A DNA stretch of 64,000 nt from an uncultured Chloroflexia bacterium (GCA_963774265.1 CAVZDU010000005.1:416001-480000); one strand, 5' to 3'; numbered from the stretch's first letter, positions 41,908 to 58,327 are shown. Notes: generated by a model from the letters alone, not told the origin. Numbers and translations are program-made.

Positions 41908-42171
41908 AAGGCCCGGTCCGGCCTGTCGAGGTTGACTCCGTGCCGGGCGTCTCCCACAGATTTGATGTCCTTTACTCAATGGCTGTGCTTGCGTATTTCC
42001 CAGCCGCCAGCATAGGTCACGACTCCACATTGCGGTGCGGCGCATCGACTTGTGCCTGAGGGCCGGCTGATGCCGGACAAACAGGAGGTGCTGCTCAGCG
42101 ATGATACTTGCCGCTCATCAGATCGACCTTGGCGTCGTGCTTTTTCATTCAATCAGCATAAGGGAGGAAAC

Positions 42172-43339
42172 ATGCGCAGTAGAGTACTTACTCTGACTCT
42201 GGTCGTCGCCGTGTTGATGGTGACGGTCGCCGGCTGTGTGCCGGCGCCCGCCGCACAGCCCACCATCAAGATCGGCCACGAAGTCGCCCTGACCGGCTCG
42301 AATGCCACGTGGGGCCAATCGGAGTCCAACGCCTTGAAGATGGCCGTTGAGAAGATCAACAAGGAGGGCGGCGTCCTCGGCAGGCAGCTCGAGGTCGTGG
42401 CCTACGACAACCGGGCCGACAGGGTGGAGGCGGTCAACGTCGCCAAGCGCCTGGTCGAGCAGGACAAGGTCGCGGCCATCATCGGCCCGGCCCAGAGCGG
42501 CGTGACCAACGCGATCCGCGAGGTCACCAACTCGGCGAAGGTTCCCGGTCGTCGCCACCACAGCCACCAATCCCACGGTCACGGTGCAGGAGGACGGCTC
42601 GGTCGTGCCCTACACCTTCCGCGTCTGCTTCATCGACCCGTTCCAGGGCACCGTCGCGGCGCAGTTCGCGCTCAAGGATCTGAACGCCAAGACCGCCGCG
42701 GTGCTCTATGACGTGGGCGATGAGTACTCGCAGTTCTCGGCAAGTACTTCGTCGAAGCGTTCGAGAAGGGCGGCGGCAAGATCGTCGCCAACGAGGCGTT
42801 CCGCTCCGGCGAGCTGGACTTCCGCGCCCAGCTTGGCAAGATCAAGGAGGGCAACCCCGAGGTCCTCTTCATCCCGACGATGCAGAAGGAAGCAGCACTG
42901 GCCTCCAAACAGGCGCGCGACCTGGGCATCACCGCCATCTTTATGGGCGGCGACGGCTGGGGCAGCCCTGACCTGATGGACCTGGGCGGCCAGGCCGTCG
43001 AGGGCGCCTACTTCGTCAACATCGCAGCGCTGGAAGACCCGGCCATCCAGGACTTCGTCAAGGAGTACAAGGCGAAGTACAACCAGGACCCGGTGCTCCC
43101 CAATCCCGCTGATGGCCTACGATGCGATCTACTGGCTGGCGGATGCCATGAAGCGCGCCGGCTCGACCGACGGCACCAAGGTCCGGGACGCCATGGAGCA
43201 GACCAAGGACCTGCAGGTGCTCACCGGCAAGCTGACGGTTGATCCCAAGACGCACAACCCGCTGAACAAGCCGGCCGTGATCCAGCAGGTGAAGGACGGC
43301 AAGTTCATTTACGTGAAGACGTTCGTGACCACGGACTGA
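42172..43339 (+). CDS. livK: Branched-chain amino acid-type ABC substrate-binding lipoprotein (several indels)
   Basis: Lipobox VAGC, IKIG..LTG, INKEGGVLG, FRVCFIDPFQG and GGDGW across frames. Confidence 0.85.
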
Positions 43340-43390
43340 CGGCGTGATGCGGTGACACGGGTGACTGCATGGTCACCGTATCTCCCTATC

Positions 43391-43429
43391 GACAGGCGCC
43401 CGGCACTTGCCAGGTGCCGGGCGCCTGTC
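43391..43429. repeat. REP-like hairpin, same family as 6987-7019
   Basis: GACAGGCGCCCGGCAC-TTGCCAG-GTGCCGGGCGCCTGTC. Confidence 0.7.
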
Positions 43430-43487
43430 ACGGGCCACTGGGTCTACGTGTCATCCGATCATCGTGTCACGACCGAAGGGGTTCCCC

Positions 43488-44380
43488 TTGATTCTGCAGA
43501 CCGTCATTACAGGGCTCAGCATCGGCAGCGTCTACGCGCTGATGGCTGTGGGTTACTCGCTGGTCTTCTCGGTTCTCAACTTCTCCAACTTCGCCCACGG
43601 CGCGGTCATCACGCTGGGCGCGTACATCGCCTGGGCGGTGATGCAACACTGGCTCCATCTGCCGTTTTTGCCGAGCCTGCTGATTTCCATGGCCGGGGCC
43701 GGCATACTGGCTTTTCTGATCGAGCGAATCGCCTATCGACCGCTGCGGCAGCGCCATGCGCCCGTCGCTCTATCTGATGATCAGCGCGATGGGCGTGGCG
43801 ATTGCCCTGCAAAACCTGCTCTACGCCACCATCGGCGCCAAGCTCTACGCACTGCCCCAGGTGTTCGCCCAGGACTCGCTCCAGGTCGGGAGCGCGGTCA
43901 TCAGCAAGATGGATCTGTTCGCCTTCGGGTTTTCGGTGATTGCCATCGCAATCCTCAACTTCATCCTGACCCGCACCAAGGTCGGCACCGCGATCCGCGC
44001 CGCCTCCTACGACATGGAGATGGTGTCGGTGCTCGGCGTGAACCTGGACGTGCTGGTCGCCGTGCTGTTCCTGATCGCCGGCGCCCTGGGCGGGATGGCC
44101 GGGGTGTTCATGGGCGTCAAGTACATGGTCTACCCGAGCATGGGCTGGATCACCAACAAGGCCTACATCGGCGCGGTGATCGGCGGCCTGGGCAGCCTGC
44201 CCGGCGCGATCGTGGGCGGCATCTTGCTGGGGCTGATCGAGGCGCTGGTCTCGGTGGCGAACATCGGCCCGGTACACCTCTCGCTCTACCGGGATGTCTT
44301 TAGTTTCGGCATCCTGATCGCTCCTGCTGATCTTCCGCCCCACCGGCCTGTTTGGCCGGGAAGTCGAAGAGAAACTCTAG
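43488..44380 (+). CDS. livH: BCAA ABC permease (indels)
   Basis: GSVYALMAVGYSL..NFAHG and IGGLGSLPGAIVGG motifs. Confidence 0.85.
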
Positions 44381-44382
44381 CC

Positions 44383-46319
44383 ATGGAATACGCCCAAGCC
44401 ATCTTCACCAATGCCGCCATCTACGCCATCGCGACGGTGGGCCTGGCAATTTTCACCGGCTACACCGGGCTGTTTTCGCTGGGACACGCGGCTTTCATGG
44501 CCCTTGGCGCATACACGACCGCCATCCTGACCTACTTCCTGCATTGGCCGTTCATCCCGGCGCTGCTGGTGGGGATGGTGGTTGCCGTGTTGGCCAGCAT
44601 CATCATCGGCTATCCCGACCTTGCGCGTCAAGCTGCGCTCCGACTATTTCGCCATCGCCACCCTGGGTTTCGGTGAGGCGGTGCGGGTGCTGTTGGAGAA
44701 CCTGACGTTGACGCAGGGCGCGCGCGGCCTGCCGGGTCTGCCGAAATACACCAGCCCGCTCATCGCCTGGCCTGATCCTGATCGCGGTCATCTGGCTTTC
44801 GCGCAATTTCCTGCGCAGCACCTTTGGCCGCAACACCATCGCCATCGGCCAGGATCCCGTGGCGGCCGAGATGATCGGCATCCGGCTGCTGCCCAACCGC
44901 ATGCTCAGCCTGGCGATCAGCGCGGCGTTTGCCGGGACTGTCCGGCGGCCTGCTGGCGCATTACCTCACCTTCATCCAGCCGTCCATCTTCAGCATGGAT
45001 CTCTCCGGGCTGTTGACCGCGGGTGTGGTGGCCGGCGGCATGGGCAGCCTCACCGGCCCGGTGGTGGCGATTGCTCTGTTCGTGGGCATCCCCGAGCTGT
45101 TCCGTGGGCTGGCGCTGTGGCGGCTGGTGCTGTACGGCGTCGTGCTGGTGGTCATCATCAACTACCGGCCGAAGGGGCTCTTCGGGTACGAAGAGCTGAG
45201 CGTCGCCAATTTCCCCAAGCTGTTGATCATCCTGGGCGCGTCCGTTGCGTTGGCGGTCGGCGTCGGCATCTACAACTACTACGCTGAACTACCTGGGCGC
45301 TGTCCTCGCCGTGTTGATTGGCATCGCTGCTGGGGCGGCCGTGCTGGCGCTCAGCCTCGGCGTGGGCCGCGCGTGGACGCGCTGGGCTGCGCCGCTTTTT
45401 GGGCGGCGCATCGCCGGGGCAACTGCAGCGGGGGCAACGCGAATCAGGGGTGTCACTACGCGGCCGGGCATCTCAGGGGCAGCTTCTACACCCGACCCCG
45501 GTCGGCACACCCGCGCATGGGCTCGCAGCGAGGGTTGCCCCCACGGCTGCGCCGCTGCTCGCGGTCACCGGCCTGCGCAAAGCATTCGGCGGCGTCGTGG
45601 CGGTGAATGGGGTAGACCTGCAGGTGCGGCCGGGCGAGGTGGTCGGGCTGATCGGGCCCGAACGGCTCCGGCAAGACCACGGTTTTCAACCTGATTTCCG
45701 GCGTCTACAAGGCCGATGCCGGCAGCATCCGCTTCGCCGGCGGGGAGTTGGTGGGGGTGGCGCCCGACCGGATCGTCGGCAAGGGCATCTCGCGCACTTT
45801 CCAGAACATCCGGCTCTTCTCCAAGATGACCGTCCTGCAGAACGTGCAGACGGCGCTGCACCCGCTGAGCGACTACAGCCTGCCCGAGGCGTTCCTGGCG
45901 TGGCCGTGGACGGTGCGCAAGACCGAGCAGCGGCTTGCGCGATGACTGCGCTGGAGCTGCTGAAGGTTGTCGGCCTGGAGGGGCACGCCGATCAGGTGGC
46001 CGGGACGCTGCCCTACGGCCTGCAACGCAAGCTGGAGATCGCCCGTGCATTGGCCTTGCAGCCCAAGCTGCTGCTGCTGGATGAGCCGGCGGCCGGCATG
46101 AACCCGGAGGAGTCGCTGGCATTGGTGGAACTCGTCGAGCAAATCCACGCCACCCGTGATCTGGCGATCGTCTTGATCGAGCATCACATGGACGTCGTGA
46201 TGAATCTCTGCTCGCGCATCACCGTGTTGAACTTCGGCGGCGTCATCGCCGAGGGCACGCCGGATGAGATCCAGGCCAACCCGGTGGTGTTGAAGGCGTA
46301 TCTGGGGGACAAAGCCTGA
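44383..46319 (+). CDS. Probable LivM permease-LivG ATPase fusion (multiple indels)
   Basis: GYTGLFSLGH, YFAIATLGFGE, extra TM helices, then GPNGSGKTT, RTFQN and LLDEPAAG; no separate livG RBS seen. Confidence 0.7.
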
Positions 46320-47066
46320 TGTTGCTATCCGTTGAGGGCCTGAACGTTTTTCACGGCGAGGCGATCCACGCGCTGCGCGATGTGAGCTTCGTGGTGCCCG
46401 AGGGCGAGATCGTCTCGATCATCGGGGCCAACGGCGCAGGGAAATCCACGCTGATGTGGACGCTGGCCGGGCTGTACAAGCCGAAGTCCGGCAGCGATCA
46501 CCTTTCGCGGCAAGCCGCTGCCCGCGGTGCCTCACCTGGCCGTGGCCGCCGGCATCGCCCTGGTGCCTGAGCGGCGCCGCCTCTTCGCCAACCTGACCGT
46601 GCGCGAGAACCTGAACCTGGGCGCGTACCTGCGCAGCGATCGCGCCGGCATCGCCCGAGGATGAGGCATACCTCTTCCGCCTGTTTCCGGTGCTCCAGCA
46701 ACGCTTCAAGCAGTACGCCGGCACCCTCTCCGGCGGCGAGCAGCAGATGCTTGCCATCGCCCGTGCGTTGATGTCCCGGCCCACCCTGCTGCTGCTCGAT
46801 GAGCCGTCGCTCGGCCTGGCGCCGGTGCTGGCGAACCAGGTCTTCGAGGCCGTCCAGGAGATCAGCCGGCAGGGGACGACGATCCTGCTGGTGGAGCAGA
46901 ACGCGTTCAAGGCGTTGGAGATCGCCAGGACGCCTACGTGCTGGAGACGGGACGCATCGTGCTCAGCGGCAAGGGACAGGATCTCCTGCACAACCCGGCG
47001 GTCCAGGCGGCCTACCTGGGCGTACGGCAGCGCAAGGAAGTCGTGTTGGGCGCCGTGCCGCGGTAA
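46319..47066 (+). CDS. livF: BCAA ABC ATP-binding protein (indels)
   Basis: [17 protein letters not shown] and [10 protein letters not shown] motifs. Confidence 0.85.
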
Positions 47067-47081
47067 TCGTCCAGCGCTATT

Positions 47082-48578
47082 TCAAGGCAAATGCGTCGTC
47101 CCCATCAGGTAGCGATCGCACTCGCGGGCCGCGCCGCGCCCTTCATTGATGGCCCAGACGACCAGGCTTTGTCCGCGGCGCATATCCCCGGCCGCGAAGA
47201 CGCCCGGCACGCCCGTGGCGAACTGCCCGTATCCAGGCGCACTTGCGTGCGTGCGCACGTTGGAGCGGGCATCCTGTTCGAGGCCAAACTGCTCGATCAG
47301 CGTCTTCTCCGGTCCCAGGAACCCCATCGCCAATAGCACCAGGTGCGCGGGCCAACGCTGCTCGGTGCCGGGCAGCTCCCGGAAGCTCGACCGGCCGTCC
47401 CGCTGCTCCCATTCAACCCGCACCGTATGCACTTCAGCCACGCGGCCGCTGGCATCTCCGACGAAACGCTTGGTGAGGATCGCAAACTCGCGCGGGTCCC
47501 GGCCGAAGATCTCCTTGGCCTCTTCCTGGCCGTAGTCGATGTGGAAGGTCCTGGGCCATTCGGGCCACGGATTGTCGGCTGGACGGGTGTCCGGGGGCCG
47601 GGGCATGATTTCCAGTTGGACGATGCCGGTGCAGCCATGGCGCACCGACGTACCCACGCAATCGGTCCCCGTATCGCCGCCGCCGATCACCACCACGGAT
47701 TTGTGCCGGGCCGATATCCACTCGTCCGCGGGTGAATCAGCGCCGAGCAGGCTGCGCGTGTCCGCACGGAGGAAGTCGACGGCAAAGTGGATGCCCTTGA
47801 GATGGCGACCTTCGACGGGCAGATCGCGCGGCCGTGTGGCTCCGCCGCAGAGGACGATAGCATCGAACTCCTCTCGGAGTTGGCTGGCGGGCACGTCTTT
47901 CCCCACCTCGACCCTGGTCACGAACTCGACGCCTTCGGCCGTCATCAGGCTCACCCGGCGCCGGACGACCTCTTTGTCGAGCTTCATGTTCGGGATGCCA
48001 TACATCAACAGTCCGCCGATCCGATCGGAGCGCTCGTAGACCGTCACCAGGTGGCCGGCCTTGTTGAGTTGATCCGCGGCGGCTAGCCCGGCCGGGCCGG
48101 AGCCGACCACGGCCACCCGCCTGCCGGTGCGCTCGGCTGGTGGCCTGGGCGCAACCCAGCCTTCGGCGAAGCCCCGCTCGATAATGGCGTGCTCGATCTG
48201 CTTGACAGTGACCGCCTCCTCGTGCAGCGAGAGCGTGCAAGAGCCCTCGCACGGTGCGGGGCAGACCCGGCCGGTGAACTCCGGGAAGTTGTTGGTGCGC
48301 AGCAGACGCTTCAGCGCCTCCTCCCACAGCCCGCGATACACCAGGCTATTCCACTCCGGGATCAGGTTGTTGATCGGGCACCCCGACGCCATGCCGTTGA
48401 GCAGCGTCCCCGTGTGGCAGAAGGGAATGCCGCAGCTCATGCACCGGGCTGCCTGCGTCTGCAGCTTCTTCTCCGGCAGGTCGAGGTGCATTTCAAGATA
48501 GTCAAATGTGCGCACGCCGGGCAAGCGATCGCCGCCGAGCTCGCGCCCATATTCCATGAAGCCTGTAGGTCTGCTCAT
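47082..48578 (-). CDS. gltD: Glutamate synthase small subunit
   Basis: [26 protein letters not shown] and [14 protein letters not shown] motifs. Confidence 0.96.
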   Translation of the reverse strand: MSRPTGFMEYGRELGGDRLPGVRTFDYLEMHLDLPEKKLQTQAARCMSCGIPFCHTGTLLNGMASGCPINNLIPEWNSLVYRGLWEEALKRLLRTNNFPEFTGRVCPAPCEGSCTLSLHEEAVTVKQIEHAIIERGFAEGWVAPRPPAERTGRRVAVVGSGPAGLAAADQLNKAGHLVTVYERSDRIGGLLMYGIPNMKLDKEVVRRRVSLMTAEGVEFVTRVEVGKDVPASQLREEFDAIVLCGGATRPRDLPVEGRHLKGIHFAVDFLRADTRSLLGADSPADEWISARHKSVVVIGGGDTGTDCVGTSVRHGCTGIVQLEIMPRPPDTRPADNPWPEWPRTFHIDYGQEEAKEIFGRDPREFAILTKRFVGDASGRVAEVHTVRVEWEQRDGRSSFRELPGTEQRWPAHLVLLAMGFLGPEKTLIEQFGLEQDARSNVRTHASAPGYGQFATGVPGVFAAGDMRRGQSLVVWAINEGRGAARECDRYLMGTTHLP

Positions 48579-48587
48579 ACGATTCCT

Positions 48588-53393
<4,806 letters not shown>

Positions 53394-53430
53394 AAGGCCT
53401 CAGAGGTTGGCGCTCAGCGCCACATTTAAG

Positions 53431-53470
53431 CAAAAAGCCACCCGGCGCGCATCAGTGCGCGGGTGGCTTC
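53431..53470 (-). terminator. Intrinsic terminator 2 in the gltB leader
   Basis: AAGCCACCCG..CGGGTGGC followed by TTTTT on the minus strand. Confidence 0.75.
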
Positions 53471-53488
53471 ATCGTTGAGCGAATAATT

Positions 53489-53543
53489 AGAAAAGAAGGT
53501 TGCCACCTCCATGCCGCTACCTGGGCATGAAGGGTGCAACCTC
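53489..53543 (-). terminator. Intrinsic terminator 1 in the gltB leader
   Basis: GGTTGCACC..CATGCC..GGCATG..GGTGGCAACC followed by TTCTTTTCT. Confidence 0.7.
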
Positions 53544-53608
53544 ATCGTTGGCAAGAATCATTTATCGAAGCCGGGGGTCGGTTGGGACCCTCAACCGAAC
53601 GGTGCTGC

Positions 53609-53638
53609 ATTTGTATCATGAGATACGCCAAGAGTCAA
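53609..53638 (-). promoter_or_regulatory. Promoter of the gltB leader
   Basis: TTGACT-17bp-TACAAA(T). Confidence 0.55.
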
Positions 53639-53645
53639 ATGCGCT

Positions 53646-53670
53646 CTGGTTTACTGGTTTACTGGTTTAC
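53646..53670. repeat. (CTGGTTTA)x3 tandem octamer
   Basis: Seen directly, just upstream of the -35 element. Confidence 0.8.
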
Positions 53671-53732
53671 GTGGCTGAATCGGGGCCTACTTGGCTTCGC
53701 CAATGCGCGTGGGCCAGGCAATTCCAGACAAC

Positions 53733-54101
53733 TCACCGCGCATCGATGTCATGCGGATACTGCAATGCCTCGCGCCCGCGCTCCCCTGTGCGGATGCGGA
53801 TGACGTCTTCGATCGGATAGACGAAGATCAAGCCGTCGCCTACGTTGCCCGTCTGGGCAGCCTGGCAGATCGTTTCGATGGCCTTTTCCAGGTTGTGGTC
53901 GCTCAGCACGATGTTGATTTGCACGCGTGGCAGCATGTCAACCTTATAGGCGCCAGTGCGGCCCACAAGATCGATGCCGCCCTGCCGGCCGTGGCCCCGG
54001 CATTCCGTCACGTTCATGCCCACAAAGCCGACGTGTTGCAGCGCATCCTTGACGTCGTTCAGTTTTTCTTCTCGGATGATCGCTTCGATTTTCTTGGTCA
54101 T
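53733..54101 (-). CDS. glnK: PII nitrogen regulatory protein
   Basis: KKIEAIIR, GHGRQ and TGNVGDGLIFV..IRTGE motifs; next to amtB. Confidence 0.92.
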   Translation of the reverse strand: MTKKIEAIIREEKLNDVKDALQHVGFVGMNVTECRGHGRQGGIDLVGRTGAYKVDMLPRVQINIVLSDHNLEKAIETICQAAQTGNVGDGLIFVYPIEDVIRIRTGERGREALQYPHDIDAR

Positions 54102-54140
54102 GGTCCTATCTCCTGTAGCTCATGCCAGCGCATCTGTGCT

Positions 54141-55364
54141 CTATGCATACGCTCGTTCGCCGTGCTCGGCGATATCCAGCCCTACCTGCTCCTCGGTTTC
54201 CGACACGCTGAGACCGACGGTGTGCTTGAGAGCCTTCGCCAGCACGAACGTCACGCCGAATGCAAATACGACTGTAATTGCGACGGCAAGAAGTTGCACC
54301 AGGAACTGGCGCGGATTACCGTAGAAAAGACCATCGGCTCCGGCTGTGTTGATCGCCTTCGAGGCGAAGAGGCCGGTCGCCAACGCGCCCCATAGACCGC
54401 CCATACCGTGACACGCCCACACGTCCAGTGACTCGTCCAGGTGGCGGCCCTGACGCAGCTTGATGGCGAAGAAGCTAATGGGTGCGGCCACCGCGCCGAT
54501 GGCCAGGGCCGCGAGCGGCGTCACATAGCCGGCCGCAGGCGTGATGGCCACCAGGCCCACCACGGCGCCGGTAATGATACCCAACACGCTCGGCTTGTGA
54601 GTGCGCCAGCTCAGCAGCATCCAGACTAACCCCGCAGCGGCCGCGGCGGTGTTGGTGTTCAACAACGCTGTGACTGCCACGCCGTTGGCGGCCAGCGCGC
54701 TGCCGCCGTTGAACCCGAACCAACCCATCCACAGCAGCCCGGCACCCAGAACCGAGTAGGGGATGTTGTGCGGTTCCATACTGCCGTTACCGAATCCTCG
54801 GCGGGCGCGGATCACCTGGGCAAAGGCCAGAGCCGAGAAGCCTGCAGTGATATGCACGACCGTGCCGCCCGCAAAGTCCAAGGCGCCCAACCCCCGTAGA
54901 ACGCCGCCTACGCCCCAAACCCAATGGGCCACCGGGTCGTAGACCAGCGTCGCCCATAGCAGGCTGAAGATCAGAAAAGCCTTGAAGCGGACGCGTTCCA
55001 CAAACGTGCCGGTGATCAGCGCCGGGGTAATCACTGCGAACATCATTTGGTAGGCGACGAAGAGCAGGAAAGGGATTGATCCTGCATAATCCGCGTTCGG
55101 TTCGGCGCCCACACCGGCCAGCCCCAGGTAGTTGAGACTGCCGATGATGCCACCTGCACTCTTGCCGAATGCCAGCGTGAAGCCAAACAAAACCCACTGG
55201 ATGCTGATGAGTGCCATGAGGATGAAGCTGAAGTTCAGCGTAGAGAGCACGTTCTTCTTACGCACCATTCCGCCGTAGAAGAATGCCAGGGCTGGGGTCA
55301 TCATCAGCACCAGGGTGGTGGAAATCAGAACCCAGGCAGTGTCACCTGCATTAATGCTGTCCAT
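54141..55364 (-). CDS. amtB: Ammonium transporter
   Basis: DFAGGTVVH, WFGFNGGS and DESLDVWACHG motifs. Confidence 0.96.
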   Translation of the reverse strand: MDSINAGDTAWVLISTTLVLMMTPALAFFYGGMVRKKNVLSTLNFSFILMALISIQWVLFGFTLAFGKSAGGIIGSLNYLGLAGVGAEPNADYAGSIPFLLFVAYQMMFAVITPALITGTFVERVRFKAFLIFSLLWATLVYDPVAHWVWGVGGVLRGLGALDFAGGTVVHITAGFSALAFAQVIRARRGFGNGSMEPHNIPYSVLGAGLLWMGWFGFNGGSALAANGVAVTALLNTNTAAAAAGLVWMLLSWRTHKPSVLGIITGAVVGLVAITPAAGYVTPLAALAIGAVAAPISFFAIKLRQGRHLDESLDVWACHGMGGLWGALATGLFASKAINTAGADGLFYGNPRQFLVQLLAVAITVVFAFGVTFVLAKALKHTVGLSVSETEEQVGLDIAEHGERAYA

Positions 55365-55527
55365 CGTACAACCTCCGGTTTATGTGTCTCGTCTCGTTAG
55401 GACGGACGTGCGCGTGCGCCCATCGGCCGCGCCCATCCGTCCTAACGAAACGACGGCCACGCACAATGTAGCAGGTGTCCGCCGGAGGGTCTAGTACCCG
55501 TTTGGGTACCGTTTTAAGTCAACTGTG

Positions 55528-56337
55528 TCACGTTAGGCCTTGCGCCTGAAGCCAATCGCGGAAGCGTTCGATCCAGGTGTCAGAGGGCAGGTCCAGCTTT
55601 TTCATGCCGAAGCCGTGGCCGCCCTGGGCGTAGATGTGCAGCTCGGCCGGGTGACCGGCAGCCCGCCACTGAGAAAAGAGGCGCAGGCTCAGGGGCGCGG
55701 CCATTTGATCATCGGCCGCGCAGAGGGCGAACAGCGGCGGCGCATCGGCCGGGACGGGGATATCCGCGTACGGGGCGGTGTAGATCGCGGCCAGGAAGTC
55801 GGGTCGGCTGGCCGCATCGTGCACCAGCGCGACACTGGTCGCCACCATGCTGCCGGCCGAGAAGCCCAGCATGCCAATGCGGTCAGGGGCGATGCCCCAC
55901 TCGGCCGCGGCCTGGCGCACCAGGCGCATGGCCTGTTGCCCGTCGGCCAGCACCAGTGGCTCGATGGCCGAGATCACGGCTGCGAGCCTGGCAGGGTCCG
56001 CGATCGCTTCCTCTATCTCCCGGTTGAAATCGTCTCCTGTGTGGACAAGACGATATTTCAAGATGAAGGCCGCGATCCCGTGGGCAGTAAGCCAGGTCGC
56101 AACGTCCACCCCTTCGTGATGGGTCGCGAGATAGTGCCAGGCCCCACCGGGACAGACGATCACGGCGGCCTTGGCCGCTTGGCCGCTGGAGGACCGCGGA
56201 TCTGGCAGGTAGGCCGTCAGCGTCGGCCGCGTGACATTGCGAATGCCGCGACTGCCGTTCGGGCGAACCGCCTCCTGCTCTGCCGGGGGCCACTCATCAG
56301 CGCCTGCTGCGCTCTCCGGCCACAAAGGGATGATCAT
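55528..56337 (-). CDS. Alpha/beta hydrolase (BD-FAE/acetylxylan-esterase-like)
   Basis: CPGG, GFSAG nucleophile, D and GGHGFG motifs. Confidence 0.9.
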   Translation of the reverse strand: MIIPLWPESAAGADEWPPAEQEAVRPNGSRGIRNVTRPTLTAYLPDPRSSSGQAAKAAVIVCPGGAWHYLATHHEGVDVATWLTAHGIAAFILKYRLVHTGDDFNREIEEAIADPARLAAVISAIEPLVLADGQQAMRLVRQAAAEWGIAPDRIGMLGFSAGSMVATSVALVHDAASRPDFLAAIYTAPYADIPVPADAPPLFALCAADDQMAAPLSLRLFSQWRAAGHPAELHIYAQGGHGFGMKKLDLPSDTWIERFRDWLQAQGLT

Positions 56338-56367
56338 CTCGGCTGCTCCTTTTTGTCCTTGGCTTCC

Positions 56368-58327
56368 CTAGCTCTCCTGAATCAAACCGGAGCGGTACGC
56401 GGCCAGCAGCATTTGCAGGTCATCGATCTGCTTCTGCATACTCCGGCCGAGGTCGATGTCTTTCACCCGAATCCTGACATCGTTTTGTTCCAGAATTTGG
56501 GTGGTAGAAACTAAACTCGTTTCTTCGTCGATCGCCTTCTGCGCAGAATCAAATGGCGGATGCGCCGCCAGGAGCAGACCCTAGGAGTTGTACACCAGCG
56601 TGTAGCCGGCAATGCCGGTTTCACCCTGATAGGCCTTCGCAAATCCACCGTCGATGACAAGTAGTTTGCCGTTGGCCTTGACCGGGCTCTCGCCGCGCTT
56701 GACCCTGACCGGCACATGACCGTTGATGATGTGCCCCGTCTCCGGGTTTACGCCGAACTCAGTGAGGATCTGGCGTGCGCTGTCTTCCCGATCACGGAAG
56801 TTGTAGTAGGCATTGCGCTTCTCGAAATGCGTGGCCTTGTCATCGATGAAGTAACGTTCAAAGGTCGCCATCTTTTCATTGCCGAACAAGGGGGATTGGG
56901 CATCGCTCCACAGCCGCCACATGGTGTCCATCCCTTCCTGCTTCCGGTCCGGGTTGTCGGTGGCGAAGTAACCCTGACGGGCCAGGCGATCGAACCGCTC
57001 CATCAGTGCCCTCCCAGACACCATGCCCTCGTCCACCTGCACGGCTTTGAAGGAACCATCCTCGTTCATCGGGATGCAGCCGTGGTAGAGCAGATTCCCG
57101 TTGTAGACCAGGTACATGCTCCCTTTGGAAAAGAGAAAACGGACATGGCGTTGGAGCCTTGGGCTGCTTGTAAATGAAAGCCTGAGCCGCTCGATCAGCG
57201 CCTTCTCGCGTGGGGTCAGTTCATACGGCTGCTGCGGGTCGACGGTCGGGAAATGGGTATCCAGCAGCGGATAGACCATACCGTCCAGGCAGATCGTGCC
57301 GCTGGCGAAGTCCACCTTATCCAGGAGCAAGCGGTTGTCCATCTGGAAGTGGGGCCGCCTCAGAATGATCTGCGCCTCCAGCTTGAGCTGCAGAATCGTG
57401 ATCGCCTTGTGCATCTTCGCGACTAGTTGGCGCTCGTCACCGGTCAGCTCGTCATCCTCACTGGGCGGCGGCAAGAACCGCTCGCAGGGATCATCGCCAT
57501 AGGTGTCGATTGCAAAGGAAGCCAGCGGCAGGAGGCTGACGCCGTAGCCGTGTTCCAGCGTGTCCACGTTGTTGTAGCGCAGGCCGATGCGGATGACATT
57601 GGCGATACAGGCCTCGCTTCCGGCCGCGGCGCCCATCCACACGATGTCGTGGTTGCCCCACAGCACATCTACGCTGTGATACTTCATGCAGCGTATCCAC
57701 GATCAGGTCAGCCGCAGGGCCGCGATCATAGATGTCGCCGATGACATGCAGGCGGGCGATCGCCAGGCGCTGGATCAGCTCGACCAGGGCGATAATCACG
57801 GTCGCGGCGCTGTCCGTTGCGATGATGGTTTCTCGGATGCTTTGATAGTACTCGGCCTTGTCCCTAAGGTTGTCTTGCTCGTAGAGCAGCTCCTCGATGA
57901 TGCCGGCCAGGTCGTCCGGCAGAAACGAGCGGACCCAGGCGCATGGGTACTTGCCCGAGAGGTCCCGGCCCAGCTCGACCAGTTGCATCAGGGTCGTGCG
58001 ATACCATTCAGCCGGATCCGCCAGCGATTTCAGGATCAGCGGCAATTTTTCCTCGGGATAGTAGATCAGCGTGGCCAGGGTGCGTTTCTCTGCGGGGGAC
58101 AGAGCCTCTCCGAAGACTTCGTCGATCCTGCGTTTGATCGAGCCGGAGCCATTCTTCAGCACGTGGCGAAAGGCCTCGTACTCGCCGTGAACATCGGACA
58201 CGAAATGTTCGGTGCCCTTGGGCAAGCTCAACTGCGCGGTCAGATCGACAATCGCGGTCGAGGCGGCCCGGATCGAGGGATATTGTTTGGCCAGAAGTTG
58301 GAGATAGTGGAGGTGAAGGTCGTCCAT
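56368..58327 (-). CDS. fbp: Class III fructose-1,6-bisphosphatase; frameshift near 57687 and in-frame TAG at 56581-56583
   Basis: LPKGTEHFVSDVHGE, GDIYDRG, WGNHD, NGHVPV and IDGGF motifs; the C-terminal helix continues after the TAG. Confidence 0.88.

Noticed and set aside
41910-42170. Riboswitch, T-box or leader peptide in the liv leader, including an internal AGGAGGTG
   Set aside because: No T-box or known aptamer motif, and no well-spaced start codon or BCAA-rich peptide.
53570-53605. Glutamine (glnA) riboswitch upstream of gltB
   Set aside because: Starts with CGTTC and a hairpin but lacks the GGAAGT/GAAG E-loop core.
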